Counted from the first letter of the stretch, positions 9,790 to 20,246 are shown. The stretch: DNA of 64,000 nucleotides from an uncultured Spirochaetia bacterium (GCA_964492025.1 CAZBHR010000001.1:156315-220314), one strand, 5' to 3'. The notes: a model not told the origin generated them from the sequence alone. Translations and numbers: made by a program.

Positions 9790-11361
9790 TTACACCCGTT
9801 TTACAGCCTCCGCCTCAATAGACAACCCTTTACTGTGTCGATTGTAGTACGTGGTAAACCCAAGAACTCCCTCTGGATGAGGCTGTTTTGTTTTCGATTC
9901 GGCTGACTGAAACACCTCTTCGAGAAATGTGGGAAGACTCTTTTCCTGATGAAGAAACTCTGCAAGGAGGGCAATTCCCCATGCACCACCCTCTCCTGCG
10001 GTGGTCATTGTTGTTACGGGCACGTGAAAGGCATCTGCCATAATTTGATCACCCACATCGGGTGCCTTAAAAAACCCACCATGTCCACAGAGTGAGTCAA
10101 TCGTAACACCCTCTTTTTCAATAAGAATATCTATCCCCTTTCGCAAGGCACAGAGGGCAGTATAAAAGTGGGTTCTCATAAAGTTGGCAAGGGTAAAATT
10201 GGCCCCCTGTGATCGAACAAAAAGAGGTCGCCCTTCGGAAAACCCTGTAATATGCTCTCCCGAAAGATACCCATAGCTGGTTAAACCTCCACAATCCTTA
10301 TCTCCTTGAAGAGCAGAACACATAATGGCATCCATAAAGGCATAGGTATCTACCTCAAGCCCAGCTGCCTCAACTCCCTCTCTCAGGAGAGAAACCCAAG
10401 CGTCCAAATCTGAGGCACAGTTATTTGAGTGAACCATGGCTACGGGGTGACCATCGGGAGTAGTTACAAGGTCAATCTCCTTATGGAGTGACTGTAAAGC
10501 TTTTTCCAGTACAACCATAGCAAATATAGATGTTCCTGCAGAAACGTTACCCTGCCTAAGACCAACCGCATTGGTTGCTACCATACCGGTTCCCGCATCA
10601 CCCTCGGGAGGACACAAAGGCGCTCCCTCTTGCAAATCACCAGAAGGGTCTAAGAGAAGAGCTCCCTCCTTTGTTAAAACTCCAGCCTCCTCTCCTGCTA
10701 ATAGCACAGAAGGAAAAATCTGCTCTAAGGTAAAGGATAACCTTTCATCTTGTAATAGCCTATTATATGAAACAACACGTGTAGAATCGTAAGTTCCATT
10801 ATCTATGGGAAACATACCAGCAGCATCACCTACACCAAGTACCTTGTTACCCGTAAGTTTCCAGTGTATATATCCAGCAAGGGTTGTCATAAAGGAAAGA
10901 TGCTTTACATGACTCTCTTTATGTATGATAGATTGATGAAGGTGGGCAATACTCCAACGTTGGGGAATATGTACCTGAAAGAGGTTGGTTAATTCAGATG
11001 ATGCCTCTAGGGTAATATTATTTCGCCAAGTTCTGAAGGGAGTAAGAAGATTCCCATCACTATCAAAAGGCATATATCCGTGCATCATTCCACTTATCCC
11101 AAGGGATCGCACTTTCTGGAGAGTCACATGGTACTTCTTGAGTATATCTGCTTTTAGATCGGCGTAGGCATTTTGAATACCTGTATGAACACTCTCTAAA
11201 GAGTACGTCCATACACCATCTACATATTGATTCTCCCAACCAAAACCACCAGATGCTATGGGTTCACAGTTAGGGCCAATAAGCACCGCTTTTATTCGGG
11301 TAGACCCGAGTTCAATTCCCAGTACCCCTTCCCCTGAATCAATATACCTCTGTAAGTCCAT
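9790..11361 (-). CDS. FGGY-family carbohydrate kinase, L-ribulokinase-like
   Basis: LGIELGSTRIKAVL, ISGMMHG, PPEGDAGTG, GHGGFFK, GEGGAWG. Confidence 0.85.
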   Translation of the reverse strand: MDLQRYIDSGEGVLGIELGSTRIKAVLIGPNCEPIASGGFGWENQYVDGVWTYSLESVHTGIQNAYADLKADILKKYHVTLQKVRSLGISGMMHGYMPFDSDGNLLTPFRTWRNNITLEASSELTNLFQVHIPQRWSIAHLHQSIIHKESHVKHLSFMTTLAGYIHWKLTGNKVLGVGDAAGMFPIDNGTYDSTRVVSYNRLLQDERLSFTLEQIFPSVLLAGEEAGVLTKEGALLLDPSGDLQEGAPLCPPEGDAGTGMVATNAVGLRQGNVSAGTSIFAMVVLEKALQSLHKEIDLVTTPDGHPVAMVHSNNCASDLDAWVSLLREGVEAAGLEVDTYAFMDAIMCSALQGDKDCGGLTSYGYLSGEHITGFSEGRPLFVRSQGANFTLANFMRTHFYTALCALRKGIDILIEKEGVTIDSLCGHGGFFKAPDVGDQIMADAFHVPVTTMTTAGEGGAWGIALLAEFLHQEKSLPTFLEEVFQSAESKTKQPHPEGVLGFTTYYNRHSKGLSIEAEAVKRV

Positions 11362-11404
11362 ATGCTTCTCCTTTTTTGGGGATATGAGAGAACTACCAAA
11401 AACC

Positions 11405-11755
11405 CTACTCTATTTCTAACCTCTTTCCCTGATACCAGAGCTTCTCTAGGTCGTAGAATTCTCGGATCTCTCGTGCCATAAGGTGGATTACAATTGGACC
11501 ACAATCAATAAGTTCCCAACCATCTTCTCCAACCTGCTTATGTTTCTGATACATTGGCATTTCAATCTCTTCTAAATAACTTCGTAACTCTCGCACAACA
11601 CCCCGTAGGTGTCCCACACTGGTTACTGTAGCAATAACAAAGCAATCGGTCCAGCTGTTAAGCTCCGATATATCAAGGGCAACTACATCTTGCCCTTTCA
11701 TTTCAACTATTCTTTTTGCAATATTAGTTGCTTGTGTTGACATAGTATTGGTCAT
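11405..11755 (-). CDS. rsfS: Ribosome silencing factor RsfS
   Basis: DCFVIAT, WELIDCG and FYDLEKLW motifs; canonical position after nadD/yqeK. Confidence 0.93.
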   Translation of the reverse strand: MTNTMSTQATNIAKRIVEMKGQDVVALDISELNSWTDCFVIATVTSVGHLRGVVRELRSYLEEIEMPMYQKHKQVGEDGWELIDCGPIVIHLMAREIREFYDLEKLWYQGKRLEIE

Positions 11756-12839
11756 TAAAATCTGCTCCTAAAGTAAGTACTATTTTTGGTTCCGTAAGTG
11801 TTGTAGATGGCTGTATATCTGTGCTATGAATCAAGGCTCCCAATACAAGGGCGGTTTGTCGAACCTCTTCACCACCGTAGTATGCTATATCTGTAGTTTT
11901 ATGAGAGTAGTTAACGTTTCCGTTAGGGGTTAAGGCATTACCAACATACCCTATCTCAAAGCCACTCTTCTCTAAATATCGTCCAGTTTTTGAGGCAAGT
12001 GCTGGCCAACCACTCCCATTAAGAACCTCAACAGGAACAGAAAAGTCGTAACCTCCAAAGGATACTAAATCACCTTTATACCCACTTATTACTTGAGCGA
12101 TTCGCTGGGACCACACCTCTCCACTTTCAAAGCTTGAAAAGTTCTGAACATTATACGGGTTAAAACTGCTCATAACCCACATCATATTATCTGGAGTAAT
12201 TCCATGGAGTGTAAGATCCTTTGTAAGAATCCTATTAATCTCCTTATCTGGATTTTTACTTTTCTCTCCAAGGGCTCCATATATAGCTATGGCGTATTTT
12301 TTTCGTAAATCAGCCACATCACCCACCGTATCTTTAGAAGAGAGAATAGCAACCCCCTCTTCTACTGTTGGTGTATAAATACCCTTGCCCAAATTAAGAC
12401 TTTTTCCTCCCACTACGGCCGATATATTTCTGTTTATCGTTATAGAGGGAACTGTTTTTTCCACTAATTTAGAGATATTTCCTTGAGGGATTACAATAAC
12501 CCCATCTAAATCATCATTCAGAAGATCCGTAAACAGAGCACTTAGTCCAACAACCCCATTTCGAGAGTAGATCTCTCCAAGGGTGCTCTGATTGACCTTG
12601 TAGGACTTAGGAAAAAAGGAGAACCCCTGGGCTCCTCCTGGATAGAAAAAGGTAACAGCAACACTCTCCAAAGACCCATTACCGGACTCTACTAAAAAAA
12701 GGAGTTGCTGAAAATCGCCCTGATCAACTGTTACTTCTGTTCCATAATCCTTAGTTTGTTGTGCAACCATAACTAAAATAAAGATTACAACTACAAACAC
12801 TCCAAGCCCTGCTATTAACATTCGCTGCATTTTACTCAT
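11724..12839 (-). CDS. Membrane-anchored LCP-like protein with a LytR C-terminal domain
   Basis: N-terminal TM; C-terminal VEVLNGSG...LA...GNA...LTLGADF LytR_C pattern. Confidence 0.75.
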   Translation of the reverse strand: MSKMQRMLIAGLGVFVVVIFILVMVAQQTKDYGTEVTVDQGDFQQLLFLVESGNGSLESVAVTFFYPGGAQGFSFFPKSYKVNQSTLGEIYSRNGVVGLSALFTDLLNDDLDGVIVIPQGNISKLVEKTVPSITINRNISAVVGGKSLNLGKGIYTPTVEEGVAILSSKDTVGDVADLRKKYAIAIYGALGEKSKNPDKEINRILTKDLTLHGITPDNMMWVMSSFNPYNVQNFSSFESGEVWSQRIAQVISGYKGDLVSFGGYDFSVPVEVLNGSGWPALASKTGRYLEKSGFEIGYVGNALTPNGNVNYSHKTTDIAYYGGEEVRQTALVLGALIHSTDIQPSTTLTEPKIVLTLGADFNDQYYVNTSN

Positions 12840-13416
12840 ACGTCTGTACCACTTTATGTATTTTTTCTATCATCCTATTTGTAAGGGGATATATTTTCCC
12901 CTTAGCTCCACTATTCCTTATAACATGATCATATACACGAAGCACCATAAAATCCAAAGATCCTGCCTCTAAAACAAACCGTTTTTCTCGATCACTTATA
13001 TGTTTTCGTGTAGGCTCTATATAATCGGCAACATAAAGAGCTTTCCCCAAAAGGTCAAACTCAGGATGCCCGAAGGTGTGCCATCGAAGGGCTCTCCACA
13101 TTGAGCGTGTTGCATCTTCATAATAAAGACCCATTTTTTGTGCAGCCACAGCACCATGTAGTAACATGGGGCTACGTCTCTCTATGGGTAAGGTTTTCAT
13201 TCCGTGCTGATCTACAAAATCAACAAGCTCATCATCCGACCACTCTCGAGCCATATCATGCCACAAGCCAACAAAATACCACTCCTCTGCATTCTGATCA
13301 AACCGCTCTGCTAACTGCCCCATTAAACCTGCGGTTCCTAGGGTGTGCAAGTACCTTTGAGGTGAGAGTCTAATTTTTAGAATGGACCGTACGGTCTCTA
13401 AATCGTAAGAAGCCAT
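12832..13416 (-). CDS. yqeK: YqeK HD-domain Ap4A hydrolase
   Basis: RYLHT, WHDMAR, LLHG, WHTFG, ADYIEPTR; adjacent to nadD. Confidence 0.9.
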   Translation of the reverse strand: MASYDLETVRSILKIRLSPQRYLHTLGTAGLMGQLAERFDQNAEEWYFVGLWHDMAREWSDDELVDFVDQHGMKTLPIERRSPMLLHGAVAAQKMGLYYEDATRSMWRALRWHTFGHPEFDLLGKALYVADYIEPTRKHISDREKRFVLEAGSLDFMVLRVYDHVIRNSGAKGKIYPLTNRMIEKIHKVVQTYE

Positions 13417-13428
13417 AGTGCCATCATA

Positions 13429-13992
13429 TCAGTATAAAGATTTTTTTTCTATATAGGAGAGTACATTTTTTGGAACAAGTGAGCCAATCTCTTTTCCTTG
13501 GGAGATCTTCTCTCTGATTTGGGATGAGGAGACCTCTACAACAGGTGTTTCCAATAAGGTGTGCTCTGGGAACCCCTGTGGAATGCTTTTTCCTAGACGT
13601 GGAGCAATTACCACATCAACAAGACTAAGGAGCTCTTCGTACTTATACCAACTTGGTAAAGTGTCGATATGATCATCCCCAACAAAAAGACCCAGTTTCC
13701 CCGTAATTGTATAGGTAGCATAGAGATGATTTACTACCTCTATAGCGTAACATTTACGTCCCTCTTGAATTTCATAATTATCAATAGATACCGGAAGTCC
13801 CTCCATTGCCAGTGATACCATAACTAGCCTATCTTCGGGAGATGGAGAGTGCTCAGGAGCCCTTTTCAATAAAGGAGTATGCCCGGGAACAATAATAATC
13901 TGTTCATAATTTGATCGAATAAGATTTTCAGCCATCCGTCGATGGCCGTTATGAGGGGGATTAAAACTACCCCCAAATAGAACTGTCTTCAT
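13429..13992 (-). CDS. nadD: Nicotinate-nucleotide adenylyltransferase
   Basis: GGSFNPPHNGH, VGDD, VSSSQIR. Confidence 0.92.
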   Translation of the reverse strand: MKTVLFGGSFNPPHNGHRRMAENLIRSNYEQIIIVPGHTPLLKRAPEHSPSPEDRLVMVSLAMEGLPVSIDNYEIQEGRKCYAIEVVNHLYATYTITGKLGLFVGDDHIDTLPSWYKYEELLSLVDVVIAPRLGKSIPQGFPEHTLLETPVVEVSSSQIREKISQGKEIGSLVPKNVLSYIEKKSLY

Positions 13993-14986
13993 GGGTGTTC
14001 TCAGGCTCTACCATTCGAAAGAAGGTCTCTTTAAGTTCGTCAATTCCCTCTTGAGTAAAAACCGATATACCAAAACAGGGAATATCCTTATCTAGCTGTT
14101 TTTTCAACTCTTCAAATCGCTCTTCTGTATCGGGAAGATCAAGTTTTGTGGCAACCACAACAAATGGTTTCTCTAAAAGCTCTGTTCCATAGGTTTTCAA
14201 CTCCCCTCGAAGCGTTTCAAATGCCTCTAGATACCTATCATCAGAGAGATCTATAAAATAAGCAAGTCCCGAAGTTCGAGATATGTGCTTAAGAAAGTGC
14301 AAGCCCAATCCTGTTCCCTGTGAAGCACCTTCAAGAATACCAGGAATATCTGCAAGTACAATATCTCTATCCCACACTCGTAATACACCAAGATGTGGTA
14401 TCTTTGTGGTAAATGGGTATCCAGCAACCTTTGAGCGAGCGTTGGTACATGCGTTAAGCAGCGAGGATTTTCCCGCATTAGGGAATCCTACAAAACCGAT
14501 ATCCGCAATAATACGCATCTCTACAATGATAGCGTATGACTCCCCAGGCAGTCCTGGCTGAGCATATTTTGGAGCCTGTTTAATAGAGGTTTTGAAGTGC
14601 CAGTTACCCTTTCCTCCCTTTCCTCCCTCAAGAAATACCCAAGGTTCATCACCATCGAAGAACTCTTTCAGAATCTCTCCAGTATCCGCATCACGAATAA
14701 CGGTACCTGGAGGAACAGGAATAATAATCGGTTCCCCATCTTTTCCATGTTTTCTTCGTCCCTCTCCCGGTCTACCGGGTTCAGCTTTATAGGTCTTATT
14801 ATGACTTAAATGGGCTAGAGTTCGTAGGTTTTGTTTTACTTCAAAAACAACATCTCCACCACGACCTCCATCTCCACCATCAGGACCACCACGAGGAACA
14901 TATTTTTCACGTCTAAAAGACACACAACCACTGCCTCCATTACCGGAAACAGTGGTTATTTTTGTTTCATCTGAGAAACCGAGCAT
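13967..14986 (-). CDS. obgE: GTPase ObgE (short form, no C-terminal extension)
   Basis: Gly-rich Obg domain, GFPNAGKS, YPFTT, DIPG, TKLD. Confidence 0.97.
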   Translation of the reverse strand: MLGFSDETKITTVSGNGGSGCVSFRREKYVPRGGPDGGDGGRGGDVVFEVKQNLRTLAHLSHNKTYKAEPGRPGEGRRKHGKDGEPIIIPVPPGTVIRDADTGEILKEFFDGDEPWVFLEGGKGGKGNWHFKTSIKQAPKYAQPGLPGESYAIIVEMRIIADIGFVGFPNAGKSSLLNACTNARSKVAGYPFTTKIPHLGVLRVWDRDIVLADIPGILEGASQGTGLGLHFLKHISRTSGLAYFIDLSDDRYLEAFETLRGELKTYGTELLEKPFVVVATKLDLPDTEERFEELKKQLDKDIPCFGISVFTQEGIDELKETFFRMVEPENTHEDSSIWG

Positions 14987-15005
14987 AATAATTGTATGTA
15001 ATTAA

Positions 15006-15254
15006 CTAACAGTCAATACTAACGAAGCTTCGACCTCGAGTTTTTGAGAATTGAACAGTTCCAGCCTCTTTTGCAAAAAGGGTGTAGTCTCTACCACAAC
15101 CAACGTTTGCACCTGGGTGAAATTTAGTTCCTCGCTGTCGAACAATAATCTCTCCAGCTTTCACAGTTTGTCCACCAAACCGCTTAACTCCTAATCGTTT
15201 AGACTCAGAATCTCTACCGTTTTTGGAGCTTCCGCCCCCTTTCTTATGTGCCAT
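15006..15254 (-). CDS. rpmA: 50S ribosomal protein L27
   Basis: [16 protein letters not shown]...RQRGTK. Confidence 0.98.
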   Translation of the reverse strand: MAHKKGGGSSKNGRDSESKRLGVKRFGGQTVKAGEIIVRQRGTKFHPGANVGCGRDYTLFAKEAGTVQFSKTRGRSFVSIDC

Positions 15255-15265
15255 CTCAACTCTCC

Positions 15266-15580
15266 TTAGGCAGTAATACTTTTTACTCGTACCAGGGAGT
15301 ACTGCTGTCGGTGACCCTGGGTTCGTCGGTATCCCTTTCGTCTCTTGAACTTAAAGATTCGAATTTTCTTACCTTTAATCTGCTGCTCTACCTCTACAGA
15401 AACCTTAGCTCCTTCAAGATAGGGTGCTCCTAACTTGGGAGTAGATCCCTCTTCGGAGATCATAAGTACCTTATCAAAATCAAGAGTACTTCCCTCGGCA
15501 GAGTCCAACTTATCAACTTGTAATAGGGCATCTTTTTCAGCTTTATACTGTTTTCCCTGTATTTCAACTAATGCGTACAT
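15266..15580 (-). CDS. rplU: 50S ribosomal protein L21
   Basis: [12 protein letters not shown]...[15 protein letters not shown]. Confidence 0.98.
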   Translation of the reverse strand: MYALVEIQGKQYKAEKDALLQVDKLDSAEGSTLDFDKVLMISEEGSTPKLGAPYLEGAKVSVEVEQQIKGKKIRIFKFKRRKGYRRTQGHRQQYSLVRVKSITA

Positions 15581-15789
15581 AATAGATTCCTTCTCCAGAA
15601 TTTAGCATATACTTATAACATAGCAACCCATTGTAGTCAATACGGTTGTAAAGGATTTATTCTTTTTTCTTTAAAACACATATTTTCATGACACAAGGAA
15701 ACCACTCCTAGGTAAACTATCAAAAATCAGTAATTCCTATTATACCTTCCTACTTGCACGGCTCCCCCCTACTCTATATAATAAAAACC

Positions 15790-17745
15790 ATGAGCAAAAG
15801 AGGGTATGAAACACAACAGGGTCCTATCAATTATGGGGCTATATTACGCTCTACAATATCCTACGGGCAGGTTCTTCGAATTGATCTACCTGCTCTTCCC
15901 GCATATTGTGGAGTTATTGACTACACGGTCATAAAAAAAAGAAGTAGCTCTATCCCTTTTGGAAGAGACAAGCTCAAAATATTCGATCCTCAAATTCTCT
16001 ATAAAGGTCAACCTATCCTTATGGTTTATGCACCAACTCAGGAGCAGGCTGATATATTAGTCACAGCTATTCATGTAGAGTACAAAGAGGAAGAGCCTCC
16101 TGCACCCAAGACTGTAAATAGTATAACTAAGGAGATTGCAGAAAAGGATCTTCTCTCGGGAGTTTCAATATCTCCCCCTCCTTTAGTGTATCACAGTACG
16201 CGAAGACCTCCTAATAACACATCTCAGGTTATTTCATATTATGATGTATTTGGGAATATTGTGGTTCACAGCGAATCAAGCTGGCCACACCATACGCAGC
16301 GAGCCATTGCAGAAATAACGGGACTCCCCCTCTCAAAAATAGCGGTTTACCGAAGAGATCAAAAGAACACCCATGGAGAAAGTTTTGTTGAGATATCGGC
16401 AATATCTGCACTCGCTGCACTGACAACCCAGATCACAGGAAGAGAAACAAACTTCTCTATGCCCCTTCCCACCTACACCCCTTCGGTAACTATAGACTAC
16501 CGTTTTTTTCGAAATGACCAAGATGAGATATGTGCAATCACCCTACTTTTTTCCATTGACATGGGAGCATTCCCTCTTTTTACTGATGAAATATTAGATA
16601 CCATAATGAGTCAAACAAACTTCTCATTTGCACCAGTTCCTATGGAGGTAGAACTCTCTATAGTTCAATCGGCAACTTCTCCAACATACACCCATAGGGA
16701 TTTCTTTGCATCCATAGGAGTTACTGCTCGGGAAGTACTTATTCGAGCACTCTCTGGAATGAACAAGGAGTCTCCCGCGGACTGGCTACAACGGTACTAT
16801 TTACAACCAGAATTACCCCTTCCAACTGGGGAGCTTTTAGAGCTCACCCATCTGGATGAAGCTATACAAATAAGCTTAGCAAACTCCGACTATCATCGAA
16901 AGTATGGAATATACTCCTATATGAAAAATCATCGAGAAGAGCATGTTCTTATTTCTCGAAACTATTTAAGAGGCATTGGAATTGTTGCGGGGCATGCAAA
17001 AACCACAATTACCACACTAGGCCCTGAGTTTCAATGGAGTGTAAAAACTACCCTCGCAAAGGATGAGAAGCTTCTGATAGAAACAGGGTTTAGCACAGCT
17101 ACCCCTTTAGCTCAGTGGGCTTATATTGCAAAAAAGGTACTGGCAATTCCAAGAGGAAAGGTTTCCATAGGTCAAGAGAGCACCCTATATCTTCCCAATT
17201 CTGGACCAGATTTTTTAGACAGAGAGCAGACAGTTCTATCATTTGCTATACATCAATCACTCAATGCTATTAAACAGAGAAGAGAGAGAGAACCTCTCCC
17301 TATCATTGAGCAAACACCTATACAGCAACACCAGACAGAGGAGAATGGAGAGCTCTTTTATTCATGGGGTTCGGTGGTTGTTGAAATAGATATTGATGAT
17401 ATTACCTGTATACCTTTTATACGACAGGTATGGGTCACAACCTGTGGCCAAGAGTGGGAAAAAGACAAGCTCCACGGAGAGATTCAAGAGGTTATTTTAC
17501 ACAAGTACCACGAGTTGATTGACATAAGCAACTACCGAGATATGTGCATACGAAACAGAAGAGAGATTGTCCCTATACATATTACTATTATTCCTGTAAC
17601 TGGGTATGGAACATCTCCAATCTCTGTAGTTCAAACTCTTTTTCCATCAGCTTTTATTCAGGCAATTTCCGTTGCCCTCAGACAGGATATATTAGCCCTC
17701 CCTCTCTCACCAGAGAGTATTGCAGAGTTAAAGGACAACCTATGA
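15790..17745 (+). CDS. Divergent xanthine dehydrogenase/CoxL-like large subunit
   Basis: GAILRST hammerhead start, YKGQPI, DMGAF, RGIGI, PNSGP, VVVEIDID; followed by 2Fe-2S and FAD subunits. Confidence 0.7.
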   Translation: MSKRGYETQQGPINYGAILRSTISYGQVLRIDLPALPAYCGVIDYTVIKKRSSSIPFGRDKLKIFDPQILYKGQPILMVYAPTQEQADILVTAIHVEYKEEEPPAPKTVNSITKEIAEKDLLSGVSISPPPLVYHSTRRPPNNTSQVISYYDVFGNIVVHSESSWPHHTQRAIAEITGLPLSKIAVYRRDQKNTHGESFVEISAISALAALTTQITGRETNFSMPLPTYTPSVTIDYRFFRNDQDEICAITLLFSIDMGAFPLFTDEILDTIMSQTNFSFAPVPMEVELSIVQSATSPTYTHRDFFASIGVTAREVLIRALSGMNKESPADWLQRYYLQPELPLPTGELLELTHLDEAIQISLANSDYHRKYGIYSYMKNHREEHVLISRNYLRGIGIVAGHAKTTITTLGPEFQWSVKTTLAKDEKLLIETGFSTATPLAQWAYIAKKVLAIPRGKVSIGQESTLYLPNSGPDFLDREQTVLSFAIHQSLNAIKQRREREPLPIIEQTPIQQHQTEENGELFYSWGSVVVEIDIDDITCIPFIRQVWVTTCGQEWEKDKLHGEIQEVILHKYHELIDISNYRDMCIRNRREIVPIHITIIPVTGYGTSPISVVQTLFPSAFIQAISVALRQDILALPLSPESIAELKDNL

Positions 17746-18227
17746 ACATATCATTCACCCTTAATGGATCACTGGTATCCATAAAAACACCCGCAAACCG
17801 ACGAGCATCCCAGGTACTACAAGACCATTTTCAGATCCAAAGTATAAAAACTGCATGCTCCCACGGCTCATGTGGAAATTGCATGGCCCTCATAAATGAG
17901 AAGCTTGTGCTTACCTGTATTCTTCCAGCTTTTACCCTACGTGAAAAAAGAGTTATTACGGTAGAGGGTCTAAAAGATCTTGACGAATACCAAGATATCA
18001 AGCGGGCACAGGAAAAGTTAGGTTTGCGTGTTTGTCCAAGGTGTGAATCTACGGTTATGCTGACAGCACAATCTATTTTACAAGGTGGCACAGCTCCCAC
18101 AAGATGGGATATCATGAGTACCTTTGACCACTACTCATGCTCATGCTCTACTATGGACTCTCTTGTTGAGTTTATTCAGGAAGCAAGATCTCAAAGAAGG
18201 AGAAGAAGAAGTGCTCGACGAACATAG
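17742..18227 (+). CDS. (2Fe-2S)-binding small subunit (CoxS/XdhC-like)
   Basis: MNISFTLNG; CSHGSCGNC-x11-C, TVEGL, CPRC...CSC; ATGA overlap with the upstream stop. Confidence 0.88.
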   Translation: MNISFTLNGSLVSIKTPANRRASQVLQDHFQIQSIKTACSHGSCGNCMALINEKLVLTCILPAFTLREKRVITVEGLKDLDEYQDIKRAQEKLGLRVCPRCESTVMLTAQSILQGGTAPTRWDIMSTFDHYSCSCSTMDSLVEFIQEARSQRRRRRSARRT

Positions 18228-19071
18228 ATCCCCCACAATTTTTTCACCTACAACCATTACCGAACTTATCCGTATAAAGCAGGCACATCCACAGTCTCTA
18301 CTCTGGAGTGGTGGAACATCTCTCATGCCCCTATACTGCTACGAAAAAGATTCTAACCTAAGAGAGATCATCTATACAGGAATGGTTCAAGAGTTTCATA
18401 AAATCAGTAGACGGGAAAAGTATTTAGAAGTTGGATCATGTGTAACGGTGAACGGACTACGTCACGGAACAGGACAAAACGTACTGCCACCTCTACTCTA
18501 TCAAGGAATCACCACAATGGCTACGGAGCCCCTGAAAAATATGATTACCATAGGAGGCGCCTTGGGCATTACAAAAAACACCCCCCCTCTTCACATACCA
18601 ACACTCCTTGTAGCCCTACGAGGACATATTGAGATACGACAAAAAAACAAGTCACACTGGATAACAGCACAAAGATTCCTTCGTGATGAGGGAAAGACTC
18701 TTCTGCGTGGAGACGGTATTATTACCCGTATCAGGATACCCTTAGAGGAGAGAAACTTTAACTTCTATACAACCATAGGATCTCCCTGGGAGTCTCCTGA
18801 AAAATCTGTGATATTTTGCTGTACAGCTCAAATCAGTGAAGGCTCTCTTATGGATCTTAGATTTGCAATTAACTACCCACAGTGGGCAGTTTTGCGTATT
18901 CAAGAGATAGAGAAAAATCTCTCTCTTATAGAACTACCAATTCGAAGAACAGGCCCAATTCAGCAGGAGTTTGACTCCCTTATTGATGGAGTTAGGCAGT
19001 TATCAAACTACCAAAAGATGGTTTCGAAAAAACTTTTCACCAAACTACTCTTCTCCCTAAATCACCAATAG
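18211..19071 (+). CDS. FAD-binding medium subunit (CoxM/XdhB-like)
   Basis: SGGTSL and NMITIGG FAD motifs; GTG start after AAGGAG. Confidence 0.78.
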   Translation: MLDEHRSPTIFSPTTITELIRIKQAHPQSLLWSGGTSLMPLYCYEKDSNLREIIYTGMVQEFHKISRREKYLEVGSCVTVNGLRHGTGQNVLPPLLYQGITTMATEPLKNMITIGGALGITKNTPPLHIPTLLVALRGHIEIRQKNKSHWITAQRFLRDEGKTLLRGDGIITRIRIPLEERNFNFYTTIGSPWESPEKSVIFCCTAQISEGSLMDLRFAINYPQWAVLRIQEIEKNLSLIELPIRRTGPIQQEFDSLIDGVRQLSNYQKMVSKKLFTKLLFSLNHQ

Positions 19072-19172
19072 AAGTACGTAGAGAAGGTGGAGAGAGCTGT
19101 CTAAAGCTGAAAGTATCGTTGCACAAACAGCGTAAAGTCGTTATAATCCCTCTGATATAAAGAGGTATATAT

Positions 19173-20246
19173 ATGAGTGAACAACAGACCACATTTGAGG
19201 CATCCGTAGAAAGAAGTAACCTGCTTGAAACAGCAATTCAAAAAGACCCTACAAAGTATCGTGTTCTTACAGGGGATAGGCCTACAGGACGCCTTCATAT
19301 TGGTCACCTTTTTGGCTCATTAGAAAATCGGGTACGCCTACAAAACTTAGGAGTTCCTACATATATTGTGATTGCGGACTACCAGGTACTAACAGACAGA
19401 GAACTTGGTGGTGCCATAGGAGAGCGAGTTCAGTCTCTTGTAGTTGATTACCTTGCCGCAGGGTTAGACCCATCTAAGGATGTAACAATTTTTCCGCATA
19501 GCTATATCCCAGAACTCAACCAACTACTCCTACCCTTTTTAACCCTTGTATCAAGTGGAGAGCTCAACAGAAACCCTACGGTTAAAGAGGAAATTACCGC
19601 ATCGGGACTTACCACAATAAATGCAGGTATGTACGTGTACCCAATTCATCAGGCGGCGGATATCCTTGCCATGAAAGGTACGGTAGTTCCTGTGGGAAAG
19701 GATCAGCTTCCACACCTTGAAATGACCAGAACCATAGCAAAACGATTTAATAAAAAGTTTGCAAAAAAGGATCCTGTATTTCATCTTCCCCAACCTCTTC
19801 TGAGCAAGGCACCTATGATCATGGGTCTCGACGGGGGACAAAAAATGAGCAAAAGCAGAAATAACACCATTATGCTCTCCGCTACAGCAGATGAGACTGC
19901 TGCTCTTATTAAGCGTGCAAAAACAGATACAATACGAGAGATTACCTACGATCCAGAAACCCGACCGGAGGTTGCTAACCTGCTTCTCCTTCTCTCTCTT
20001 TCTACTGGAGAGAGCCCAGAAAGTTTAGCACAGTCTATAGGTGATGGTGGTGCAAAAGTACTAAAAGAGCAACTTACCGAAGGGCTTAACAGCCACCTAG
20101 CTCCTGTTAGAGCTCGTATGGCAGACTTAGAGAAGAACCCTGACTACATTAGAGAGGTTCTTCAAAACGGAATAGATAAGGCACGTAATGTTGCAGCAAA
20201 GACGCTCCAGGAAGTTCAAGAAGCAATGGCTATGCTTCTTACATAA
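19173..20246 (+). CDS. trpS: Tryptophanyl-tRNA synthetase
   Basis: TGDRPTGRLHIGH, VPVGKDQ, KMSKS. Confidence 0.97.
   Translation: MSEQQTTFEASVERSNLLETAIQKDPTKYRVLTGDRPTGRLHIGHLFGSLENRVRLQNLGVPTYIVIADYQVLTDRELGGAIGERVQSLVVDYLAAGLDPSKDVTIFPHSYIPELNQLLLPFLTLVSSGELNRNPTVKEEITASGLTTINAGMYVYPIHQAADILAMKGTVVPVGKDQLPHLEMTRTIAKRFNKKFAKKDPVFHLPQPLLSKAPMIMGLDGGQKMSKSRNNTIMLSATADETAALIKRAKTDTIREITYDPETRPEVANLLLLLSLSTGESPESLAQSIGDGGAKVLKEQLTEGLNSHLAPVRARMADLEKNPDYIREVLQNGIDKARNVAAKTLQEVQEAMAMLLT

Noticed and set aside
15006-15580. Missing prp protease gene between rplU and rpmA
   Set aside because: L27 has no N-terminal extension, so Prp is not needed; ordinary arrangement
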